DNA of 12,769 nt from Candidatus Eiseniibacteriota bacterium (GTDB taxonomy: Bacteria > Eisenbacteria > RBG-16-71-46), in contig JANLOX010000380.1 in NCBI GenBank assembly GCA_031366795.1, positions 1-12,769 of the forward strand, written 5' to 3'. Below the pieces are notes generated by a model. The model saw nothing but the letters and a program-made list of their open reading frames with translations. It did not search any database and was not told where the DNA came from. Position 1 is the first letter of the stretch. Each line of letters begins with the position of its first letter. A program made the translations under genes and the position numbers. Positions 1-8,206 of this stretch are shown here, piece by piece.

Positions 1-1179
1 CTCGAGCGTTTGCTGGACTGGCGGGAGAATGCAGTGCGACTCGGGCATCCCGCGCGCGTCAGCCCAGCGCTACGCGCTCACACGCTGGACCTGCTGGTCG
101 AGGATCATCCCGACGTGCGGCTGTCCCGCAAGATGGTGAAGGAGGCGCTGGGACTGTTCCGGCAGGCGGACAGGCATACGCGCGCGAAACCGGCCCCGGG
201 GGCACGCCAGGAAGCGCGCAGGGAGGCGAAGAGCCTGATGGCCGATGCGCGCAAGCTGGAGGATCAGGCCGCGCAGCGCATTCTCGATGGCGCCGACATC
301 CTGTGCGCCACCACGACCGGGCTCGACAGCGCGATCCTGGGAACGCGGCGGTTCGATCTCGCCGTGATCGACGAAGCGTGCCAGAGCACGGAGCCGGGCA
401 GCTGGATCCCGCTGCTGCGCTGCGACCGCGTCGTGCTCGCCGGCGATCATTGCCAGCTGCCGCCGACGGTGATCAGTCGCGCAGCGGTGGACGAGCACTT
501 CGACCGCAGCCTGTTTGAACGGGTGATCGCTGACCTCGGGCCCCACATCGCCCGCCGCCTGAACGTGCAATATCGCATGCACGAGTCAATCATGAATTTC
601 TCCTCGCGTGAATTCTACGACGGGGACCTGACCGCGGACGCGTCCGTGCGCGAACACCTGCTCTGCGACCTGCCGGGCGTGCTGCGCACCCCCGCCACCG
701 AGACGCCGGTCGATTTCATCGACACGGCCGGGGCGAGTTACGACGAGGAACTCGAACCCGATGGCGAGAGCCGCTGCAACCGGGACGAGGCGGCTCTTGT
801 GTGCCGCAAAATTCAGCTGCTGCTCGACGCGGGCCTGCCCGCGCGAGATATCGCGGTGATCGCGCCTTACGCCGCGCAGGTGCGGTTGCTGCGCGAGATG
901 CTGCCGATGCCGGAGCTGGAGATCGATAGCGTCGATGGCTTCCAGGGGCGCGAGAAGGAAGCGGTGGTGATCTCGCTCGTGCGCTCCAACCCGAAGGCCG
1001 AGATCGGCTTCCTCGCGGATGTGCGACGAATGAACGTCGCCCTCACCCGCGCACGGCGCAAGCTCATCGTGATCGGCGACAGCGCCACGCTGTCGGGACA
1101 CCCGTTCTACCGGCGCATGATCGAGTACTTCGAAAGCATCGGCGCGTACAAGACGGTATGGGAAGAGGCCGGCGGGTAG
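1..1179 (+). CDS. Upf1-like superfamily 1B helicase (DNA2/NAM7, IGHMBP2-like), 5'-truncated by the window edge
   Basis: The frame is open from base 1 (LERLLDW...) to TAG at 1177-1179. SF1B motifs are present: VIDEACQ (Walker B), GDHCQLPP, LNVQYRMH, IAPYAAQV, SVDGFQGREKE and RRMNVALTRARR. Walker A is absent, so the start lies upstream of the window. Confidence 0.93.
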   Translation, partial: LERLLDWRENAVRLGHPARVSPALRAHTLDLLVEDHPDVRLSRKMVKEALGLFRQADRHTRAKPAPGARQEARREAKSLMADARKLEDQAAQRILDGADILCATTTGLDSAILGTRRFDLAVIDEACQSTEPGSWIPLLRCDRVVLAGDHCQLPPTVISRAAVDEHFDRSLFERVIADLGPHIARRLNVQYRMHESIMNFSSREFYDGDLTADASVREHLLCDLPGVLRTPATETPVDFIDTAGASYDEELEPDGESRCNRDEAALVCRKIQLLLDAGLPARDIAVIAPYAAQVRLLREMLPMPELEIDSVDGFQGREKEAVVISLVRSNPKAEIGFLADVRRMNVALTRARRKLIVIGDSATLSGHPFYRRMIEYFESIGAYKTVWEEAGG

Positions 1180-1234
1180 CCCAACTGTTCAGGGCGCGCC
1201 GAGCCTCGCCGGATCAGATGCTCGCCCGACGGCT

Positions 1235-1726
1235 TCAGCCCTGTGGCGGCGCGCCGTCCTGGTCCAACGTCATTTCGGTCATCGTCTGCCGGAAGCCGAA
1301 GCTCCCGAACAGGCTCTGCGCCGCAACATTCTGGGTCATTCTCCAAAGCACCACCTGCGACATTCCCTTGGAGTGGATCCAATCGATCGCCGCGCGCACG
1401 AGCATTCGCCCAGCGCCCTGCTGGCGCACACCTTCGAGTACGAGGACGTCGTGGATAAAGCCGCAGGGCCCGCGCAGGTCGCGCCAACTCGTTCCCTCGA
1501 TGCTCGCGAACACATAGCCCACGACCTCCCCCGCGTCCTCGGCGACCATCACCAGCGTACCGGCATCCGCGAGTTGCGAAACGAGGAAGCGGCCATAGCC
1601 GGCTTCGGGTTTGTCCGTGAGCAGGAACCGTCGCGGATCGGCAGCATGGTGCTGTCGCATGAGTGCGGCGCCCATGGGTCCGAGGGCGGACTGGTCGGAT
1701 GACGTGGCGGGGCGGATGGTGATCAT
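1235..1726 (-). CDS. GNAT family N-acetyltransferase (~163 aa)
   Basis: Typical GNAT start MITIRPATSSD, then VVGYV, IHDVLV, acetyl-CoA motif A RQQGAG, and NVAAQSLFGSFGF. The ATG at 1726 overlaps the upstream TGA (ATGA), so the longer ORF-track start at 2002 is not used. Confidence 0.9.
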   Translation of the reverse strand: MITIRPATSSDQSALGPMGAALMRQHHAADPRRFLLTDKPEAGYGRFLVSQLADAGTLVMVAEDAGEVVGYVFASIEGTSWRDLRGPCGFIHDVLVLEGVRQQGAGRMLVRAAIDWIHSKGMSQVVLWRMTQNVAAQSLFGSFGFRQTMTEMTLDQDGAPPQG

Positions 1727-2841
1727 CGTGAGTCGAGGATAGCGGGGATGCGGCGGGACGGGAACCGCGCGGCCAGCGCGATCCCCGAGAGGTATGCACC
1801 CTCGATCCCGCCAGCGGCGTGGAATCCATCGCCCGCGATGCCGAGGGAAACGTTGCCCGCCAGTTGTGCCAGCAGTGGGCTGGCGAGCCCTGAGCCGGAA
1901 GCGACGCGGGCGTTTCTCCAAATGTGCGATTGCACGAGATCGGGTGCCTTGATCCACTCGCCGTGCAATGCGGCAGCTTCCTCCAACAGCGCTCGCGTCC
2001 ACGACTCCTCGGACTCACTGAGGTGGTCTCGCGAGTATTTCGCGCGCGCCTGGATTACGAGTGTGAGCCGAGGCTCTCCTGCGCGTTTGCTCGAGTCCTG
2101 CAGGATCGCCTGGATCGACTTGCTGCCGCCCGGATAGCTGGCATCCCATGCGGGAGCTGGGACGCCCTCGGGATAGCGCGCGATCACGGTCATGCATGGC
2201 AGCATGTGGACCAGTTCGAGCAGCGGCAGCAATGCCGTGACCGCCGCATCGGACGGCTCCATCGCGCGCAGGAGCTCGTGCACCGCTGGCGCGGGCATCG
2301 CCAGCGCCAGAGTTTGCGCGTGCAACCGTTCGCCTGAGGACAGCGCGAGCTCCCACGTCCGCTCCGCTTGGGCACCCGGCTGCCCCATCAACCCGATCGC
2401 CTCAACGCGAACGTCGAGGCGAAGCTCGAGCCCCTGGGCCAGGTGCTTCGCGAAGCGATTCACACCGGCCGCGGGTGCTATGCGCATATCGAGCCCATCG
2501 AACGCTTCAGGCTGGCAAGCTACACCGGCGCCCTCTCGCACGCGTGGCCAGTTCGCGACTTCCCCACTCTGCCTCGCGGCCGCCAGCTCAGCGAGAAACC
2601 GGTCCGAGCGCCCGTGCAGGAATGCGGGCCCGTGGTCCACCGGCTGCCCCTCGACCCGGCGCGTGGCGCAACGGCCCCCGACACCCCGGGCGCGCTCGAT
2701 CACCAGCGGATGACGGCCCAGCGCGCGCAACTCGCGCGCCAGGGAGAGCCCCGCGATTCCAGCACCCACCACGACCAGATCGGAATCGGTGGAGCCATCG
2801 CCACCGGGGAAATCACTCCCAGCGCTAATTTCCGCTCCCAC
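1723..2841 (-). CDS. Renalase-like FAD-dependent oxidoreductase
   Basis: Contains VVVGAGIAGL (GxGxxG), ERARGVGGRCATRR, DHG and C-terminal AGDGF..GGIEGAYLSG. The likely start is GTG at 2841, overlapping the end of the PLD gene; the exact start is uncertain. Confidence 0.85.
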   Translation of the reverse strand: MGAEISAGSDFPGGDGSTDSDLVVVGAGIAGLSLARELRALGRHPLVIERARGVGGRCATRRVEGQPVDHGPAFLHGRSDRFLAELAAARQSGEVANWPRVREGAGVACQPEAFDGLDMRIAPAAGVNRFAKHLAQGLELRLDVRVEAIGLMGQPGAQAERTWELALSSGERLHAQTLALAMPAPAVHELLRAMEPSDAAVTALLPLLELVHMLPCMTVIARYPEGVPAPAWDASYPGGSKSIQAILQDSSKRAGEPRLTLVIQARAKYSRDHLSESEESWTRALLEEAAALHGEWIKAPDLVQSHIWRNARVASGSGLASPLLAQLAGNVSLGIAGDGFHAAGGIEGAYLSGIALAARFPSRRIPAILDSR

Positions 2842-4153
2842 TCGCTCCCGCGGCCTTCTTCTCCCCGTGCGCGCGCGTCTTGTACACCGCGCCATGCCCC
2901 ACGGGTTGTCCTTCCGCCGCCGCCCAGCTGGCGCGGAACACCGCTCGCGCTTCGGTCGCCAGTGGACGGTTGCGCAACGTGAGCGCAACGTTGCGCGTGG
3001 TGTGGAAGTAGCTCGGCGACCAGTTGGCGGTGCCGACCCAGGTCACCAGCGTGTCGACCACCATGTACTTGCAGTGCTCGACGCGCGCGAATGAGACGTA
3101 GCCCTTGCTCCACTCGGGCACGCTCGAGAGCCGCACTTCGATGTTCGGCACCTGCGCGAGCGAGTCCAGCGCCTGCATGGGTTCGCCGGGGGATTGCCAG
3201 TCGGAGATGATCATCTTCACCTGCACGCCACGCGCGGCGGCGCGGCGCAAGGCTTCGTCGAACGCGGTATCCGTGATGCCGCGATCGGAATTGCCGTAGT
3301 GGAGTGACTGCATCACAACTTCGCTCCTCGCGTCATCAATCCGCTGCACCACGGCGTCGCGGTCCCACAGCATGCTGTCGGGCGAATAGGCCCGCGGGCT
3401 CCAGCTCGGCCAGACGTCCACGGTGTCGCCAGCGGACTGCACCACGCGAATGGGTAGGCTGCTGCCCATGGGAACCTGCGCCGGCCACGCCACGATGCCG
3501 CTGGAATCGGCTTTCGAGGCCTGCAGCTCGGCGGCCGCCCAGTCCATGTCGAATACCTGTTGCAACCGGGCGGTGACACGCTCATCGCGCGCGAGCACAC
3601 CGAGTTCATGAATATGGTTCAGCGCGCGCCAGTCGAGGTTCTGGCTGCCCTCATAAGCGATGGCGCCGTCGATCAGGAAGAATTTCGCGTGCTGCACACC
3701 ACCGCTGATCTTGCCCATGTCGATGGTGCGCACGGTGATCCCGGGAACGAGGCCGAGCGAATCGCCGGGTTGGGGATAGGTGCGGTACATCCGCGAGTCG
3801 AGCAGCAGGCGGATGCGCACTCCCCGTTTGGCGGCTTCGATGATCGCGGCGAGCACGGGCTCCATCGGCTCGCCCGGCTCACTGGTGAGATAGAACTCCT
3901 CGAAGTCGATGTTTTTCGTGGCGCTGCGAATGAGTTCGACCCACACCTCGGCGGCGGAGCGCAGCCTCGGATTGCCAAGCGCCGATTCAATGGGTACCGA
4001 CTCGATCAACTCGATGGCCGGGCGTGGCGCTGCGACGTTCGCCGTCACCGGCTTGCGCGCGCGAGCCTTCGGCGCGGGTGCCGCGAGAACGAACGCCGCA
4101 GCGAGCACCAGCAGCACGGGGACAAGGAGGCGGACCAAGGATGTGCGTCGCAT
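2825..4153 (-). CDS. Exported phospholipase D superfamily protein with two HKD motifs, PLD3/PLD4/poxvirus K4-like
   Basis: Signal peptide [27 protein letters not shown]1 is HAKFFLID (3668-3691), followed by [17 protein letters not shown]2 is HCKYMVVD (3053-3076), followed by [15 protein letters not shown] lies upstream of the ATG at 4153. Confidence 0.9.
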   Translation of the reverse strand: MRRTSLVRLLVPVLLVLAAAFVLAAPAPKARARKPVTANVAAPRPAIELIESVPIESALGNPRLRSAAEVWVELIRSATKNIDFEEFYLTSEPGEPMEPVLAAIIEAAKRGVRIRLLLDSRMYRTYPQPGDSLGLVPGITVRTIDMGKISGGVQHAKFFLIDGAIAYEGSQNLDWRALNHIHELGVLARDERVTARLQQVFDMDWAAAELQASKADSSGIVAWPAQVPMGSSLPIRVVQSAGDTVDVWPSWSPRAYSPDSMLWDRDAVVQRIDDARSEVVMQSLHYGNSDRGITDTAFDEALRRAAARGVQVKMIISDWQSPGEPMQALDSLAQVPNIEVRLSSVPEWSKGYVSFARVEHCKYMVVDTLVTWVGTANWSPSYFHTTRNVALTLRNRPLATEARAVFRASWAAAEGQPVGHGAVYKTRAHGEKKAAGASGSGN

Positions 4154-4212
4154 ATGCGGCAATGCCTCCGGGAGCAGCGGGAATGGCGGGAATCGAGGGG
4201 CTGGAACCCCTA

Positions 4213-4241
4213 ATGGTACGCAACCCGGCGGGGATCGCCAA
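4213..4241 (-). promoter_or_regulatory. Putative sigma70-type promoter of the PLD-renalase-GNAT operon
   Basis: The minus strand reads TTGGCG (4241-4236), 17 nt, TACCAT (4218-4213). Confidence 0.55.
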
Positions 4242-4247
4242 CCGGGT

Positions 4248-4277
4248 TTGCGCTGCTCCCAAGGCCCTCTCTATGCT
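4248..4277 (+). promoter_or_regulatory. Putative sigma70-type promoter of ispG, probably giving a leaderless mRNA
   Basis: TTGCGC (4248-4253), 18 nt, TATGCT (4272-4277), 6 nt, then the ATG at 4284. No Shine-Dalgarno is present. Confidence 0.55.
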
Positions 4278-4283
4278 GCTCCC

Positions 4284-5555
4284 ATGAGCTTGGTCCAGAT
4301 CGATCCGTCGCGTCTGCGGGCCCATTCGACCGTCGTTTGCCGAGTGGGACACGTTTTTATGGGCGGACCGCACCCCGTTGTGGTGCAGTCGATGACCAAT
4401 ACCGACACAGCGGATGCCGCCTCGACCGCCGAGCAGGCGCGCCTGCTGGCCGAAGCGGGCTCCGAGCTGGTGCGCATCACCGTCAACACGCGTGACTCCG
4501 CGGCACAGGTCGCGGAAATCCGGCGCCGCATGGATGACGCCGGCTGCACGGTGCCGCTGGTCGGCGATTTCCATTACAACGGCCACCAGTTGCTCACCGA
4601 GTTCCCCGACTGCGCAGGGGCACTCGCCAAGTACCGTATCAATCCCGGCAATGTAGGGGTCGGTGCGGCGCATGACGACAACTTCCGCCGCATGATCGAA
4701 GTGGCGGTGGCGCACGGCAAACCGGTGCGCATCGGCGTCAACTGGGGCTCGCTCGACCGCGCCATGCTGACCGAGATGATGGACGCCAACGCGCGCCGCA
4801 GCGAACCGCAGGCGGACCGCGACGTGGTGCTCGAGGCGATCCGCGAGAGCGCTCTGCGTTCGGCCGCACTCGCGGAACAATTCGGCCAGCCGCACAACGC
4901 GATCGTGCTGTCGGCCAAGGTCAGCGACGTGCGCGACCTGATTGATGTCTATCGGGGGCTCGCGGCGCACTGCGACTACCCGTTGCACCTGGGGCTCACC
5001 GAGGCGGGACTCGGCTCCAAAGGCATCATCGCCACGACCGCGGCGTTGTCGGTGCTGTTGATCGAAGGCATCGGCGACACGATCCGCACCAGCCTCACGC
5101 CTGCGCCGGGTGGGGATCGCGCCGAGGAAGTCCGGGTGTGCCAGCAGATCCTCCAGTCGCTGGGGCTGCGGCATTTTGCGCCGCAAGTCACGGCGTGCCC
5201 CGGTTGCGGCCGCACCTCGAGCACGTTCTTCCAGGAACTCGCGACGCGCGTCACGGCGCACATTCATGACCGCGTCAACGCCTGGCGCGAGCACTACCCG
5301 GGCGTCGAACAGATGCGCGTGGCGGTGATGGGCTGCGTCGTCAACGGGCCGGGCGAGAGCAAGCATGCCGACATCGGCATCTCGCTTCCGGGTACGGGCG
5401 AGGATCCGCGCGCTCCGGTCTATGTCGATGGCAAGCTGCGGACGACCTTGCGAGGAAATGCCATCCCGGAAGACTTCGCGCGGCTGCTCGATGAGTACGT
5501 GGCGCAGCGCTACGGCGCGGCGACTGGTGCGGACGCTACTCCCGCTCGAAAATAA
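4284..5555 (+). CDS. ispG: (E)-4-hydroxy-3-methylbut-2-enyl-diphosphate synthase (MEP pathway)
   Basis: Contains [62 protein letters not shown], and the [4Fe-4S] ligand motifs CPGCGR and [10 protein letters not shown]. The ORF-track extension to 3909 is antisense to the PLD gene and is not used. Confidence 0.98.
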   Translation: MSLVQIDPSRLRAHSTVVCRVGHVFMGGPHPVVVQSMTNTDTADAASTAEQARLLAEAGSELVRITVNTRDSAAQVAEIRRRMDDAGCTVPLVGDFHYNGHQLLTEFPDCAGALAKYRINPGNVGVGAAHDDNFRRMIEVAVAHGKPVRIGVNWGSLDRAMLTEMMDANARRSEPQADRDVVLEAIRESALRSAALAEQFGQPHNAIVLSAKVSDVRDLIDVYRGLAAHCDYPLHLGLTEAGLGSKGIIATTAALSVLLIEGIGDTIRTSLTPAPGGDRAEEVRVCQQILQSLGLRHFAPQVTACPGCGRTSSTFFQELATRVTAHIHDRVNAWREHYPGVEQMRVAVMGCVVNGPGESKHADIGISLPGTGEDPRAPVYVDGKLRTTLRGNAIPEDFARLLDEYVAQRYGAATGADATPARK

Positions 5556-6147
5556 GCGTCTGGTCGCCTTCACCGAAGCCGAACTTCACGTGGCGCTGGT
5601 AGACGAGTTCGCGACCGTTCGGGGCGCTCACCCAGCGATCGTCGAGTGAGGTGTCGAGCATCAGCAGCTTCGCGGTCGAGACGAGGTGCAGCGTGCGCCC
5701 CTCCCACGTCACGACGGAACGAATGTCGCTGTGCGCGACCTTGTTCACCGTCGGCGTGCCACCGGTCGAGTAGATGTAGATCGTGGTGTCGGGCTTCGAG
5801 CCGAGCACCAGGAACAGCGTCTGCTTGATGCGCGTGCCGTCCTGCTCGATCAAGTCGGTGCGTGAGGTCGGCTTGCCGCCCGGGATGATGCCGAAGCTGG
5901 AGCGCGTCATCGACAGCTTCCACCGGCCGGCGAAGGATGGGTGCGCGTTCGTGTCGGCGGGTGCCGCTGCGGGCGCGGTTGCCACGGCGGGGGCCGGCGC
6001 TGCGGCCTGCGCGGGATGCTTCGCGGGTCGCGTCTTCGCGTGTGCGGGGCGCCTCGCGGGGGTCGTCCCGGACGGCGCAGCCGCGGCTGTGCCCGCCACG
6101 CCCAGACACGCCACGAGCATCAGCGCCATCACCTGCCGCACGGTCAT
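5536..6147 (-). CDS. Secreted hypothetical protein: signal peptide, Ala/Pro-rich linker, probable calycin (FABP/lipocalin-like) beta-barrel
   Basis: Hydrophobic N-terminus ending in AAAA, then a low-complexity linker, then FAGRWKL (GxW motif) and alternating beta-strand patterns. It starts 10 nt after the Mur-fusion stop, and its 3' end overlaps the end of ispG by 20 nt. Confidence 0.75.
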   Translation of the reverse strand: MTVRQVMALMLVACLGVAGTAAAAPSGTTPARRPAHAKTRPAKHPAQAAAPAPAVATAPAAAPADTNAHPSFAGRWKLSMTRSSFGIIPGGKPTSRTDLIEQDGTRIKQTLFLVLGSKPDTTIYIYSTGGTPTVNKVAHSDIRSVVTWEGRTLHLVSTAKLLMLDTSLDDRWVSAPNGRELVYQRHVKFGFGEGDQTLIFERE

Positions 6148-6157
6148 CGCCCGCGGC

Positions 6158-8176
6158 TCACGAACGTCCGGCGCCGGGCGCAGTCTGCGCCAGCGCCGCC
6201 ACGATCTGCCGCGCTAACCCGCTGAGCGAGGGATCGCGCGCGCCCATCACCAGCACGACATCGCCCTCGCGCGCCTCGGCGGTGATCCGTGAGATCAAGG
6301 CCTCGCGCGAGGCTGCAAACTCAGCGTGCGTCCCACGCGCCGCGATGTCGGCGATGATGTCGGCGGAAGAGAAGTCGCGCTGCGCCGTGCCACCGGCGTA
6401 GAACACCTCGAGCATCCATAGGCGGTCGTCCGGGTGAAGCTCTGTAGAGAAGGTGTCGACGAAGTCGCGCCACAGGAAACGCGTGGGTCCATAGCCATGC
6501 GGCTGGTACACCGCGAGCACCCGGCGTGCGCGCCCCTGCGCGGTGCGGATGGCCGCCGCGATCTTGGCGGCGTTGTGCGCAAAGTCATCGATCACCTCGA
6601 CGCCGCGCGCGATGCCGGCACTCTGGAAACGCCGCCCCACGCCGCGGAAATCCGCGAGCGGGGCGACCAATTCTGCGAGTGGCACACCGACCGCAATGCA
6701 CGCGGCAATGGCAGCCAAGGCGTTCAGGACATTGTGCTCGCCGGGAACCGGCAGCGTGAAACGCACGCCAGACACTTCGAATGTGCTGGATGCGGGCCCC
6801 AGCTCGACGCGTTCACCGCGCACCGTGGCGCGTGGCCCGAACCCGAACACGCGCGCGCCCGGGCTAAGGGACTCGAGGTTGTCGTCCTCCCCCACCACGA
6901 ACGCTTCGCGCACCTGCTCGCGGAAGCGCGCGAACATGCGGCCCACGACTTCGGGTTCCTTATGGTCGCGCTGGAGATTGAGCACGACGCCGACCGCGGG
7001 CCGGTAGCGTACGACCGAGCCGTCGCTCTCGTCGGCCTCGACCACCAGCAAGTCCGAGCCGCCGTACCACGCGTTGCCCCACAGACCTTCCGCCTGAAGT
7101 GCCATCAGGTCACCGCCGGTGATCACCGAGGGCTTGCGGGCAGCACCGCGAAGCATCTCGAACACCATCGCCACGACGGTCGACTTGCCACTGGTGCCGG
7201 TGATGGCGAGTGTGCGGAAGCCGTCGACGAAGTGCGCCAGCAATTCGGAACGGTGCACCATCGGGACGTGGCGCTCGCGCGCCGCGGAGACGTCGGGCAC
7301 CTCGCTCTCGACCGCGGTCGAGACCACGAGTGCCGCGCACGCGTCATTCAGCCCCGAGCCATCCTGCGGCATGATCGCGATGCCCAGCCGCTCCAGCTGT
7401 TCGCGCGCCTCGGGCCGCTCGCCGCGATCGAAGGCGCGGTCACTGCCGCTGGCCTTGCCGCCGAGCATGACCTGGAACTGCGCGAGCGCGCTCATGCCGC
7501 TGCCACCGAGACCGGCATAGTGGAAGCGGCCGGCACCCCGCGGATCGGGGATCGCCGGCTTCTCGCTGCTCGCGGCCGCCGCGGTAGTTGCCGTACCCGC
7601 GGCCGCGGCCGCACCCTCGCCCACGACCACCACCGCATCGCCTTCACGCACGCGGTCGAACAACGCCATGCAATCGGCGCCGCGCATGCGAATGCAGCCG
7701 TGCGACGCCGGCTGGCCGACCGCCGCCTCGTGGTTGGTGGCGTGGATATAGATGTAGCGCTCGAGCGAGTCGAAGCCCTCGCCGCGATTGACGCCGGGCT
7801 CGAGGCCATCGAGCGTCAGGATACGCGTGAGGATCAGGTCCTCGCTCTCGGCTTCCCCATTCCAGATGCGCCCCGTGGGCTCGCGGCTGACGAACTGTGT
7901 CCCCGGCGTGGCCCTGGCGCCGATGCGCGCGTGCACGCGATGCCAGCCCGGCGGCGTGCGGTGCGAACCGCTCATCCCACCGACGCCCAGATACGCGGTC
8001 GACACCGGGTACTCCACGAAGATCTGGCCCTCGACCAACAGCGCAAGCTTTTGGTTCGCTACATCGACAAGGATCACGCGATCGGGCAAGACCTGAAACG
8101 GCGACAGCGGGCGCGCCAGGGCTTCGGCGGCGAGCGCGTTCCAGCGGGTCGAGGCAGCGAGCGAGGGGGACGCCAT
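6158..8176 (-). CDS. Fusion of a YkuD/L,D-transpeptidase-fold domain (ElsL-like) and a MurC/Mpl-like Mur ligase
   Basis: N-terminal domain: YPVST, TPPG, LILTRIL and YIYIHATN...SHGCIRM (catalytic His and Cys). An Ala/Thr linker follows. Complete Mur ligase: GLGGSGMS, SGSD, ITGTSGKST (P-loop), VEADESDGS, NLQRDH, GEHNVLNA, FRGVGRRF, DDFAHN, QPHG and VLVMGA. The start could be 8176, 8194 or 8206. Confidence 0.92.
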   Translation of the reverse strand: MASPSLAASTRWNALAAEALARPLSPFQVLPDRVILVDVANQKLALLVEGQIFVEYPVSTAYLGVGGMSGSHRTPPGWHRVHARIGARATPGTQFVSREPTGRIWNGEAESEDLILTRILTLDGLEPGVNRGEGFDSLERYIYIHATNHEAAVGQPASHGCIRMRGADCMALFDRVREGDAVVVVGEGAAAAAGTATTAAAASSEKPAIPDPRGAGRFHYAGLGGSGMSALAQFQVMLGGKASGSDRAFDRGERPEAREQLERLGIAIMPQDGSGLNDACAALVVSTAVESEVPDVSAARERHVPMVHRSELLAHFVDGFRTLAITGTSGKSTVVAMVFEMLRGAARKPSVITGGDLMALQAEGLWGNAWYGGSDLLVVEADESDGSVVRYRPAVGVVLNLQRDHKEPEVVGRMFARFREQVREAFVVGEDDNLESLSPGARVFGFGPRATVRGERVELGPASSTFEVSGVRFTLPVPGEHNVLNALAAIAACIAVGVPLAELVAPLADFRGVGRRFQSAGIARGVEVIDDFAHNAAKIAAAIRTAQGRARRVLAVYQPHGYGPTRFLWRDFVDTFSTELHPDDRLWMLEVFYAGGTAQRDFSSADIIADIAARGTHAEFAASREALISRITAEAREGDVVLVMGARDPSLSGLARQIVAALAQTAPGAGRS

Positions 8177-8206
8177 GACGCGACTCTGCCACATGCGCCA
8201 CCCCAC

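Noticed and set aside
1180..1234. Possible terminator between the convergent helicase and GNAT genes (GGGC..GAGC / GCTC GCCC)
   Set aside because: The stem is weak and interrupted, with no T-tract on either strand.
1..4153. Helicase plus PLD as an anti-phage defence module
   Set aside because: The genes are convergent and in separate units, the PLD has a signal peptide, and there is no sign of a mobile or defence island in the window.
3909..4283. Apparent 125-aa N-terminal extension of IspG
   Set aside because: It overlaps the PLD gene on the opposite strand and the promoter region; IspG similarity begins only after Met at 4284.
3987..5573. 528-aa minus-strand ORF antisense to ispG, and the many other Arg/Pro/Ala-rich overlapping ORFs
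   Set aside because: These are shadow ORFs of well-supported genes, with no domain signatures.
7733..7744. HAT instead of the usual HGT at the YkuD catalytic His, as a sign of inactivation
   Set aside because: A small-residue substitution; the His and the SHGC nucleophile motif are intact with normal spacing.
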